A program made the translations under genes and the position numbers. The notes under the pieces were generated by a model. That model saw only the letters and a list, made by a program, of their open reading frames with translations. It searched no databases and was not told the DNA's origin. 59,683 nt of DNA from a virus (lineage: Duplodnaviria > Caudoviricetes): positions 1 through 59,683 of IMG/VR virus record IMGVR_UViG_3300030106_002282; one strand, given 5' to 3'. Each line of letters opens with the position of its first letter. Position 1 is the first letter of the stretch. Positions 1-7,271 of this stretch are shown piece after piece.

Positions 1-52
1 AGGGGTGTTCTTAGTGCGGGGAAACGATAGCTAAAAGGGGGGTCTTTCTAGG
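1..52. repeat. Terminal direct repeat, left copy (assembly circularity signature)
   Basis: 1-52 is identical to 59631-59682. Confidence 0.95.
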
Positions 53-539
53 AATTTGGTTCTTCCTTCTGCAATAGGCTCAATATCTTCTCCTCTATCT
101 CCTCCTGTATATCTTCACTTGGTCTGGTGTCTTTTATCTCTACTGTGTCAGTGAATAGGTTTACTGTTTTACCTAATAGAGACAGTGCCGATATCCTAGC
201 GGAGTCTGAGTCTGCTTCTTGGCTCTCCTTCATAAGTCGTTCTAAGACATAACTCCTTGTTCGCACAGAAGAAGCTACTGTTGAGGTTTCTTTCCTCTCT
301 AATCCCTTCCTAATTGCTAGGGCAACACTAGGGTTGCTTACAAGTCTACTGCAGTCCACGTGAGCGTGTTTCGGGATTGCTCCTGTCTTTGTTCTAGCTA
401 CGTCATAAACTTCCATATAGCAGTCGATATGAGTGTCCAACTTGCCCTTCACTATTTCATTAACAAAGGCTCTTTGTTTGGCGGTTAGATTACGTTCTTT
501 TTTTACGATTTTTAAGTCAGGCGTTTTTGATTGCGTCAT
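48..539 (-). CDS. terS: Terminase small subunit
   Basis: LTAKQRAFVNE N-terminal HTH-like motif and ARISALSLLGK motif typical of TerS; directly upstream of terL across the circular junction. Confidence 0.75.
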   Translation of the reverse strand: MTQSKTPDLKIVKKERNLTAKQRAFVNEIVKGKLDTHIDCYMEVYDVARTKTGAIPKHAHVDCSRLVSNPSVALAIRKGLERKETSTVASSVRTRSYVLERLMKESQEADSDSARISALSLLGKTVNLFTDTVEIKDTRPSEDIQEEIEEKILSLLQKEEPNS

Positions 540-612
540 GCAATATATTATCTGTCACTAGTGAAATAAATACTATGCTCACAAAGTGCTATCAAATAAT
601 ATGTTCTTGATG

Positions 613-642
613 TTGCGTTCTGGTGTGTCTTGTGTTTATAAT
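613..642 (+). promoter_or_regulatory. Sigma70-like early promoter
   Basis: TTGCGT(613-618)-18 nt-TATAAT(637-642) at the head of the + strand operon. Confidence 0.65.
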
Positions 643-645
643 TAC

Positions 646-950
646 TGCATGGACAGACAACAGCGACTTTTGACACTCCCTTCTTTAAGGGTCTTTCGTC
701 ATGCAATATGCGGATTAAAGTGTCATTTGTTGCAGGTCGGCTCACAGCGATTGTCCTAAAACAGTGAGGGTTCTCTAGGTCTGCAACGAGCAGGGTACGA
801 TGAACGATACAGGTCGAGCAAAAGCCATGACACCTGTAATCCCTTTTGCGGTTTAGTAGTGACGTTTGGAATAATTACTGCGATAGGGAGACTCCCTCCA
901 GAGTCCACGAATTAACGTGCCGAAGAGAATCCTAATTATGGGGTTCAAGA
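646..950 (+). ncRNA. Unidentified highly structured RNA / 5' leader with pseudoknot
   Basis: Helices 671-677/719-725, 678-682/687-691, 729-738/778-787, 741-745/764-768, 808-814/832-838 crossed by 818-824/843-849, 890-894/901-905, 906-909/916-919, 927-933/940-946; G-U pairs favour the + strand; no + strand ORF in the track. Confidence 0.55.
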
Positions 951-978
951 AACTCTAACTAATGGAGGTTAGAAAATT

Positions 979-1119
979 ATGACAAAGCAAGAAGTAGAAA
1001 ACTTAATTTCTAAAAAGAAACAAGAACGAAAAGAAATTAATGCGGAACTTATAAGACTGCAGAAAATTAAAAATGACCTTTTTCAAGAAGAATTAATCAA
1101 TTCTTACATGAAATGGTAA
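979..1119 (+). CDS. Small coiled-coil hypothetical protein (46 aa)
   Basis: ATGGAGGT RBS at 962-969; MTKQEVENLISKKKQERKEINAELIRLQKIKNDLFQEELINSYMKW. Confidence 0.7.
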   Translation: MTKQEVENLISKKKQERKEINAELIRLQKIKNDLFQEELINSYMKW

Positions 1120-1121
1120 TA

Positions 1122-1221
1122 GCCTACTGACGTGCTAGTGAAATTCTAGCGAAACGCATTAAATAGATTTAAGTCTAGCCTGTAAAAAGGTTGCTTCTAG
1201 GTGGTTGGCAATAATGCCAAC
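1122..1221 (+). ncRNA. Hammerhead ribozyme, type I, degenerate core (HHR1)
   Basis: Stem I GCCTA/TAGGT; CTGACGT (A9 to U); stem II GCTAG-TGAAATT-CTAGC; GAAA; branched stem III; UUC at 1195-1197; 3' hairpin 1204-1221; same layout as HHR2. Confidence 0.65.
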
Positions 1222-1252
1222 TATTTTAATAACTAACTAATGGAGGTTAGAA

Positions 1253-1666
1253 ATGAAAATAAATTTTATAGAAATAGCAGGATATGAAAGTATTGATGCC
1301 AATATAGATTTCATTAACAATGAAATAACTCCTGTTGATTACGTGAAAAACTTTTCATGTAATGCAGTTCCTGTTGAAGGTGGCGGTCTTTGGTATTCCT
1401 ATACATTTAATAATTTGCTCGTGACTGTTATCTGTCACCCAGGTTCTATTGGTGGTCTTAGCGGTAAATGGGAAATAGGTATCAGAAATAAAGATACAGG
1501 TGAATGGTTAAATGTTCCTAATGGATATATTTCCACAAGTCAGGGAGGTGTCGAGGGTTGGAAATCTTGGAATGAAATCCAGATAATCCTTAAAAAAATT
1601 CTTGCTGACGCTATGGAAGAAATTCGTTTAGAGAGTAAAGAGCCACTTACCTTAGAAGATTTATAA
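1253..1666 (+). CDS. Hypothetical early protein
   Basis: 137-aa ORF with ATGGAGGT RBS at 1240-1247. Confidence 0.8.
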   Translation: MKINFIEIAGYESIDANIDFINNEITPVDYVKNFSCNAVPVEGGGLWYSYTFNNLLVTVICHPGSIGGLSGKWEIGIRNKDTGEWLNVPNGYISTSQGGVEGWKSWNEIQIILKKILADAMEEIRLESKEPLTLEDL

Positions 1667-1766
1667 ATCAACTGACGAGCCTGTGAAATTCAGGCGAAAC
1701 ATTAAACTAGTATCCAGTAATGGACTAACCCTATACGGGTGTCTTGGTGTTAGCAATTTTGCTAAC
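1667..1766 (+). ncRNA. Hammerhead ribozyme, type I (HHR2)
   Basis: ATCAA/TTGGT stem I; CTGACGA 1672-1678; GCCTG-TGAAATT-CAGGC stem II; GAAA 1696-1699; ACA/TGT stem III enclosing two hairpins; GUC triplet 1741-1743; 3' hairpin 1749-1766. Confidence 0.85.
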
Positions 1767-1804
1767 GAATTCTAACTTGGGAAAAAAAAAGATGGAGGTC
1801 TTAT

Positions 1805-2854
1805 ATGAAACCAAGTCAAGCGATACTATCGATGAAATCGATATTAAAGGGTTCTAATACTCCTTACCTTCAAGGTAAGCCAGGTATTGGAAAAAGTGCA
1901 ATTGTTAGGAAACTAGCCGAAGAATTTGCAGAAGATAGAGAGATTGTAAATTCAATTAATCCAACTAAAAAACAGTTTGGGTTTATTGATTTCAGATTGT
2001 CTCTTTATGAGACTGTTGATTTAGGCGGGTTGCCTTACATAGACGAAGATAACCAACAGAAGAGAGCCTTTTTAGGAAATCTTCCTGTAGGTGGCGAGGG
2101 CATATTATTCTTTGATGAATTTGCTCAGGCTCATTCGTCTGTGATGTGTGTCTGCGGACAATTACTCTATGAAAGAAAAATCGGAGAGTATGTTCTGCCT
2201 GAAGGGTGGAAGATTGTCTGTGCGGGAAACAGGGCAACTGACAGAGCAGGAGCAAATAAAATTCCTACTCAAGTTAATGACAGGTGTACGATGTTAAATG
2301 TAGATGAAAACATCAACGACTGGATTGCATGGGCAACTGAGAATGATGTAAGTCCTGACGTATTGGGATTCATTAGTTATGAACCTCAGTACCTTTGCGA
2401 CTTTGACCCAAAAATAACGACTCCACAGCCGAGTCCTCGTTCTTGGGTTCGTCTTTCTGATACATTGAAAACGAATCCGCCAAAAGAAATTTTGCAATTA
2501 GTTTGTGAAGGGGATATTGGCGAGACTGCTTCGATTGAATTTCTTACCTTTTTGTCTTTGAAAAATGACTTGCCGAATGTTCAAGACATTTGCGAAGGCA
2601 AAGACGTAGAAATGATTGACGAGGGCGGTAAATCTTATGCTCTAGTTTGTGCATTAGTTTCGATTCTTAAATCGGAAATAGATAATCCAAACGTAGCTAA
2701 TTATTTTCAAAATAGTCTTAACTATGTTGAGAAATTACCTACTCCAGAATTTGCGATTTTCTATGTTCGTTCTTTGATTGGAGCAATACCAGACTTAGCA
2801 GAAACTTCTACTTATTCTGATTTCAAAATTAGAAATCAAGATTTAGAAGTCTAG
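1805..2854 (+). CDS. MoxR-like AAA+ ATPase
   Basis: Walker A GKPGIGKS, Walker B ILFFDE, AGNR sensor, PSPRSW; followed by a VWA protein. Confidence 0.85.
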   Translation: MKPSQAILSMKSILKGSNTPYLQGKPGIGKSAIVRKLAEEFAEDREIVNSINPTKKQFGFIDFRLSLYETVDLGGLPYIDEDNQQKRAFLGNLPVGGEGILFFDEFAQAHSSVMCVCGQLLYERKIGEYVLPEGWKIVCAGNRATDRAGANKIPTQVNDRCTMLNVDENINDWIAWATENDVSPDVLGFISYEPQYLCDFDPKITTPQPSPRSWVRLSDTLKTNPPKEILQLVCEGDIGETASIEFLTFLSLKNDLPNVQDICEGKDVEMIDEGGKSYALVCALVSILKSEIDNPNVANYFQNSLNYVEKLPTPEFAIFYVRSLIGAIPDLAETSTYSDFKIRNQDLEV

Positions 2855-2868
2855 GTTGAAAAATGAAT

Positions 2869-2923
2869 TGGGCGAGATGTAAAAAAATATTATTCGCTAG
2901 TGAATAAAATTACATCTTGCTCA
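2869..2923 (+). other. Long intergenic hairpin upstream of HHR3
   Basis: TGGGCGAGATGTAA/TTACATCTTGCTCA 14-bp stem with a TCGCTAGTGA motif copy near the apex. Confidence 0.6.
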
Positions 2924-2929
2924 CTTCAA

Positions 2930-2986
2930 TATCTGATATTGGAATGTGTATTCCAACTGACGAGCAGGAAACTGCGAAATCAGATA
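2930..2986 (+). ncRNA. Hammerhead ribozyme, type III (HHR3)
   Basis: TATCTGA/TCAGATA stem III; AUA triplet 2936-2938; TTGGAA-TGTGTA-TTCCAA stem I; CTGACGA 2957-2963; GCAG-GAAA-CTGC stem II; GAAA 2976-2979; complete canonical core. Confidence 0.93.
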
Positions 2987-3016
2987 ACTTTTATCTAACA
3001 GAATGGAGGTTCTAAA

Positions 3017-4003
3017 ATGGATAAAAAATTAACTAATACCTTATCGGAAAACTGTATGTTGGTACGTCTTACTGCAAGACATCCTTCAGGCATTAAGGTC
3101 GATAAGAAGTTAAGAAGCGATTTAGCGGTTGATACGAAAGTATCTGACGATAAATTGTTAGGTGTTTCTAAACATATCTTTGGTCGAAATATCAATAAAG
3201 AGTTTCGCCAAATTTTAGATAAGTTTAGAAATGACTTTTATAAACCTTTAACTTTACCCTGGGACGATTCTTCTTCCCTTGACGAAGAGGGAAAAGTTTT
3301 ATCGGAATGGCGACTTTGCCCTAACACGAATCTTGAGCGACTTCAGTATGAAGTAGACCAAGCGACTCTTGTCTGGGATAAAGAAGTTCAAGGGTTTCTC
3401 AGAACCTATCCTAAACAAATGGAAATGGCGAAGAGAAATTTGGGCGATGCTTTCAGAGAAAGTGATTACATGGATTTTGACAAATTAAGACAAAAGTTTT
3501 TGTTTCAATTTGAAATGACTCCTGTTCCTACTTTCGGAAACGATATCAGACTTAACGTCTCAGAAAAGTTAAGGCAGAGAATAGAAGCGGATGCGATTAA
3601 TCGCCAAAGTAAAAACATCAATAACGTAATGACAATTACTGTTGATGCTTTGCTAGAGCAGGTTAATCACGTTGCAACTAAACTCAAAGAGTATGACCCT
3701 GACAATAAGCAGAAAGGCGGATTCTTTAACAAGTCTAGTTTCGAGAAATTGAGACAAGCGGTTGAAGTGCTACCTTCTATTAATCAGGACGTACTAGGCA
3801 ATAATCAAAATATTGCTGACGCTCATCAAAGTCTTTGTTCTGTTCTTGCAACAATAAATTCTGTTGATTCTCTTAGAGATGAAACAGATTTAGGGAAGCA
3901 AAAACGTGGACAGGTTGCTGAAGGTCTTGAGCGGTCTGTTGATGGACTGAAAGGCAATTTGTTCGACAAAATTTATGGAGGTAAGAAAGATGAAAACTCT
4001 TGA
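3017..4003 (+). CDS. Helical hypothetical protein (DUF3150-like partner of AAA/VWA modules)
   Basis: 328 aa, LTLPW motif, lies between the AAA ATPase and the VWA protein; family assignment from memory. Confidence 0.6.
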   Translation: MDKKLTNTLSENCMLVRLTARHPSGIKVDKKLRSDLAVDTKVSDDKLLGVSKHIFGRNINKEFRQILDKFRNDFYKPLTLPWDDSSSLDEEGKVLSEWRLCPNTNLERLQYEVDQATLVWDKEVQGFLRTYPKQMEMAKRNLGDAFRESDYMDFDKLRQKFLFQFEMTPVPTFGNDIRLNVSEKLRQRIEADAINRQSKNINNVMTITVDALLEQVNHVATKLKEYDPDNKQKGGFFNKSSFEKLRQAVEVLPSINQDVLGNNQNIADAHQSLCSVLATINSVDSLRDETDLGKQKRGQVAEGLERSVDGLKGNLFDKIYGGKKDENS

Positions 4004-5339
4004 TTCCATAATTAAGGCTAGAGCAAAATTGATGAAAGGGCATATTGGCATGGCTAGTATGCTCCTTAATCTTGACTTGGTTGAATGTGAAGAATCAAAG
4101 TGCAATACGATGGCAACAGATGGTAAAAACATTTTTTACTATCCGCCTTTCGTGGATAAATTAACTGAAGCAGAATTGCGAGGTGTACTTGTTCACGAAG
4201 CGTTGCACGTTGTTTATGAGCATCCACTAAGACGTGGTAAACGTCATCCTAAAGTATGGAATATTGCTTGTGATTACGTTATCAATGCTTACTTGTATTG
4301 GGATTTAGGTTTTGAATTGCCTTTTGGCGGTTTACTTGACCATAAATACAAGGGTTGGTCTGCGGAAAAGGTCTATCAACATTTAATTAAAAATGAAAAT
4401 GACCTGCAAGAAGCAATTGAGCAAGTCAAACAGCAGAATCAAGATGCGGACATGGAGGACGATTCGCAAGATTCTGAAATACCAGACACTAGTGAAGAAA
4501 ATATTTCTGAAGAAGCTGACGAAGATAGCGAAGCCGATGGCGGAGAATCTGAGTCAATTGATTTAGATGCTATTCCTTCAACTATTGGCGAGGTATTAGA
4601 TGCAACTGACGATGAAGGAAAGCCTTTGAGTGATGCTGAGATTCAAGAAATTTCAACTGAGATTCAAAGAGCAGTAGCCTTATCTGACAAGTTAGAAATA
4701 GCTGTTGGAAGCGGTACTAATTCATCTTGCGGTGGCAGAATGGAAGAATTGAAAGAAACTTCAATTGACTGGAAAGAGCAATTGAATGACCTCTTACGTT
4801 CTTCTTTTGCTAACGATTATTCGTGGTCGAGACTGAATAAAAGGTTTGCTTGGCAGGGTTTAAATTTGCCGAGTAAAACTAGGTCTCCGCAAGGTGGCGA
4901 ATTAGCGGTTGCAATTGATACTTCAGGTTCTGTATCTCAATACGAATTGAATAAATTTGCTACTGAGATACAAGCTATGGCGGAGGACTGCGGTCTTGAA
5001 AAAATCAGAGTTTGCTACTGTGATACAACTGTTCGTAAAAATGAGCAGGGGGAATGGTGGGATTACTTTGATTTATCTTCTGGCGATGAATTGGAATTAG
5101 CAGTTCGTGGCGGTGGCGGTACAGAGTTTGACCCTGTATTTAATCTGCTGAATGACTACACTGATGATGCCGAAGATATTCAGGCGATGGTCTATTTTAC
5201 AGATGGTTGGGGAGACGTTTCTGAAGACGTTGAACCTGATGTTCCTGTGTTTTGGTGTTGTACTGAAAAAAGCAGTTATTCGGAACGTCTTGCCTTTGGC
5301 GAGGTGGTCTATGTAGATACTGCTAGATTCTACGACTAA
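3990..5339 (+). CDS. DUF2201-like metallopeptidase plus VWA domain protein
   Basis: TMATDG, HEALH zincin motif, WNIACD, acidic linker, MIDAS DTSGS, GGGGT, FTDG; start chosen from ATGGAGGT RBS at 3975-3982. Confidence 0.85.
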   Translation: MKTLDSIIKARAKLMKGHIGMASMLLNLDLVECEESKCNTMATDGKNIFYYPPFVDKLTEAELRGVLVHEALHVVYEHPLRRGKRHPKVWNIACDYVINAYLYWDLGFELPFGGLLDHKYKGWSAEKVYQHLIKNENDLQEAIEQVKQQNQDADMEDDSQDSEIPDTSEENISEEADEDSEADGGESESIDLDAIPSTIGEVLDATDDEGKPLSDAEIQEISTEIQRAVALSDKLEIAVGSGTNSSCGGRMEELKETSIDWKEQLNDLLRSSFANDYSWSRLNKRFAWQGLNLPSKTRSPQGGELAVAIDTSGSVSQYELNKFATEIQAMAEDCGLEKIRVCYCDTTVRKNEQGEWWDYFDLSSGDELELAVRGGGGTEFDPVFNLLNDYTDDAEDIQAMVYFTDGWGDVSEDVEPDVPVFWCCTEKSSYSERLAFGEVVYVDTARFYD

Positions 5340-5350
5340 AAACTTTCTAT

Positions 5351-5391
5351 TAGCGAGTGATATTTGAGGGGTACTCAGATATCACTTGCTA
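5351..5391 (+). other. 18-bp intergenic hairpin upstream of HHR4
   Basis: TAGCGAGTGATATTTGAG-GGGTA-CTCAGATATCACTTGCTA. Confidence 0.65.
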
Positions 5392-5434
5392 TTAGTTTTG
5401 CCCTCTATGAGCCTGTATGGAGGTCTAATTTTAA

Positions 5435-5521
5435 AAACTGATAGCAAAATGTGTGTTTTGCCTGATGAACGCGAAAGCGTACCCTTCTAGGAGGGTGGCT
5501 CAAAAGAGCCGAAATCAGTTT
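5435..5521 (+). ncRNA. Hammerhead ribozyme, type III variant with two inserted hairpins (HHR4)
   Basis: AAACTGA/TCAGTTT stem III; AUA 5441-5443; GCAAAA-TGTGTG-TTTTGC stem I; CTGATGA 5462-5468; extra hairpins 5469-5480 and 5481-5496; GGCTC-AAAA-GAGCC stem II; GAAA 5511-5514. Confidence 0.8.
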
Positions 5522-5548
5522 AACTAACTTTTATAAGATGGAGGTCTT

Positions 5549-5821
5549 ATGAATGATTTAAATATGAAGGTATTCTATAAAAATGTTTATGGTAATGACC
5601 TTTGCTATCCTTTTTGCAACACTGCAAAGAAATTCGCAAAGTTAATTGACCAAAAAACTTTTAATAAATACCACTTGGAAACAATAAAAACTTTGAAATA
5701 TAAAATTGATATTGTTGCTTATAATCCTAAACAAAAAGATGCTTGGGACACTTCTGCTAAATGGATTAAAGAGGATATGAAAGAAAATCCTCAGAGATAC
5801 CAAAACAAGGAGGAGTTATGA
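5549..5821 (+). CDS. Hypothetical protein
   Basis: 90-aa ORF with ATGGAGGTCT RBS; KNVYG..YP motif recurrent in phage proteins. Confidence 0.75.
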   Translation: MNDLNMKVFYKNVYGNDLCYPFCNTAKKFAKLIDQKTFNKYHLETIKTLKYKIDIVAYNPKQKDAWDTSAKWIKEDMKENPQRYQNKEEL

Positions 5822-6018
5822 CTGAGAAAATCATTTTAATTTTAGGTTCTATTTGTATATGTGTTTTCACTACAATTGCTTATTCTCAAGCAGATTATGT
5901 GTTTGAGAATGGTTATCCATCACAAGCAAATTTGCTGATTATTTTTTCGGCAGGTTTGTTCGTGGGTATTTCAATTGCAACTGTTTTTTCCAGATTATTT
6001 TATGGAGATAAAACATGA
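5818..6018 (+). CDS. Small two-TM membrane protein
   Basis: Two hydrophobic segments; ATGA overlap with the upstream gene. Confidence 0.7.
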   Translation: MTEKIILILGSICICVFTTIAYSQADYVFENGYPSQANLLIIFSAGLFVGISIATVFSRLFYGDKT

Positions 6019-6725
6019 ATAGACTGCGAGAAATACAAGAACAACTTGGTAATCTCTTTTCTTTGGAAGGCATGACTAATTTTAACTTCGATAAGAAGGT
6101 TGAATTAAATGCTGACCTGAAAGAGAGAATCGAGGAAGCTTCTTTTGGAAAAATGATTCATCACCCTTTATTGGTTGTTGTGCCTATGACAGATAATCCT
6201 ATATTGATAACTCAATACAACTTGCAATATGAAGCTAAGGTTCTTCAAGTGCAAGAAGCTATTGAACAAAATAATATTCATGGGTTTATCTATTTGCACG
6301 AAAGACCTTACAGGCATGATGCTTTGATAAATGCTTATGCTGAATGGTGGATTCCAGATTCCGATTTAGAATATTGGGACGTTATTGTTTCTGCTTGGAT
6401 AGACTCCGAGAATATATATGCAAATTTATCTTCTTGGAAAAGTTTATTAACAGAACAATATGCAAATCCTCATCTAATGATGGACGAAGAAGAGAAAGCC
6501 TTCTTTGATTCTTTGCCTGACGAGATAACAATATTTCGTGGTGGCATCGATGATAAAGGGTTTTCTTGGACTCTAGATAAGGATAAAGCAAATTGGTTCG
6601 CTAATAGGTTGAATCAAAACGAAGAAGTCTTTGAGAAAACAATCAATAAGAATAATGCTTTGGCATATCTTAATGGTCGTGGAGAATCAGAGATAATTTA
6701 TATTCCAGAAAAGGAGGAAGCATGA
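6015..6725 (+). CDS. Hypothetical protein with C-terminal ADP-ribosyltransferase-like (R-S-E) motifs
   Basis: IFRG ... FSWT ... GESEII motif order. Confidence 0.5.
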   Translation: MNRLREIQEQLGNLFSLEGMTNFNFDKKVELNADLKERIEEASFGKMIHHPLLVVVPMTDNPILITQYNLQYEAKVLQVQEAIEQNNIHGFIYLHERPYRHDALINAYAEWWIPDSDLEYWDVIVSAWIDSENIYANLSSWKSLLTEQYANPHLMMDEEEKAFFDSLPDEITIFRGGIDDKGFSWTLDKDKANWFANRLNQNEEVFEKTINKNNALAYLNGRGESEIIYIPEKEEA

Positions 6726-6853
6726 AACTTACTAAATCACAAAAAGAAATGCTTATATTTGCTTTGAATATTGTGCTAAAAAATTATTGTTCAACACAAC
6801 AAGACGAGCAAAGATACGCAGATTTAATTAAACATATTAAGGAGGAAGCATGA
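6722..6853 (+). CDS. Small hypothetical protein (43 aa)
   Basis: AAGGAGG RBS, ATGA coupling, open frame MKLTKSQKEML...KEEA. Confidence 0.65.
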   Translation: MKLTKSQKEMLIFALNIVLKNYCSTQQDEQRYADLIKHIKEEA

Positions 6854-7008
6854 AACTTGGAGATTATGATTTTTCTTTATCTTTCAGAATAGAAGTTCGC
6901 AATAACGACAAGGAGGAAACTCTTCTTCATGTTGAAGATAGCAGACATTTATCTGATAAAACACTTCTAGCAATTATGGAGGATATTGCAGAAATAAAAA
7001 CAAAATAA
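6850..7008 (+). CDS. Small hypothetical protein (52 aa)
   Basis: AAGGAGG RBS, ATGA coupling, open frame MKLGDYDFSL...EIKTK. Confidence 0.65.
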   Translation: MKLGDYDFSLSFRIEVRNNDKEETLLHVEDSRHLSDKTLLAIMEDIAEIKTK

Positions 7009-7012
7009 AATT

Positions 7013-7055
7013 AAGGCGGTAGCTACTTTAACGAGTAGCTACCGCCTTTTTTTTT
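7013..7055 (+). terminator. Rho-independent terminator ending the early operon
   Basis: AAGGCGGTAGCTACT/AGTAGCTACCGCCTT 15-bp stem running into a T9 tract. Confidence 0.9.
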
Positions 7056-7066
7056 GGTCTGAATAT

Positions 7067-7268
7067 TGTGAATAACTCTTGTATCTTGCTTCCTGGGTTG
7101 CATCCTGGAAAAAAAATATTCACTAGTGATATATATTTACTGCGTTCTAGCGTGGGTGTTTTTTTACAGCTAAAAACACAACAAAATTAATTTTAGTTCC
7201 TGCGTGAATAATATTTTTTTTACCTGTGGATAAACCTGTGGACAAACCTGTGTATAAACTGTTAATAA
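7067..7268. promoter_or_regulatory. DnaA-box cluster (candidate origin or DnaA-binding locus)
   Basis: TGTGAATAA 7067-7075, TGTGGATAA 7225-7233, TGTGGACAA 7237-7245, TGTGTATAA 7249-7257, TGTTAATAA 7260-7268; same orientation, 11-12 bp spacing in the main array. Confidence 0.65.
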
Positions 7269-7271
7269 CTC

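Noticed and set aside
1-52. Terminal repeat as a biological DTR
   Set aside because: A 52-bp exact overlap is typical of assembler circularisation; it cannot be called a physical end without reads
548-745. 65-aa minus-strand ORF
   Set aside because: Overlaps the early promoter and structured RNA; no RBS or motifs
740-775. Twister ribozyme (GTCCTAA..GAGGG)
   Set aside because: Could not build the P1/UAA/P2/P4 arrangement and both pseudoknots
7222-7268. CRISPR-like array
   Set aside because: 12-bp units with no spacers; better explained as DnaA boxes
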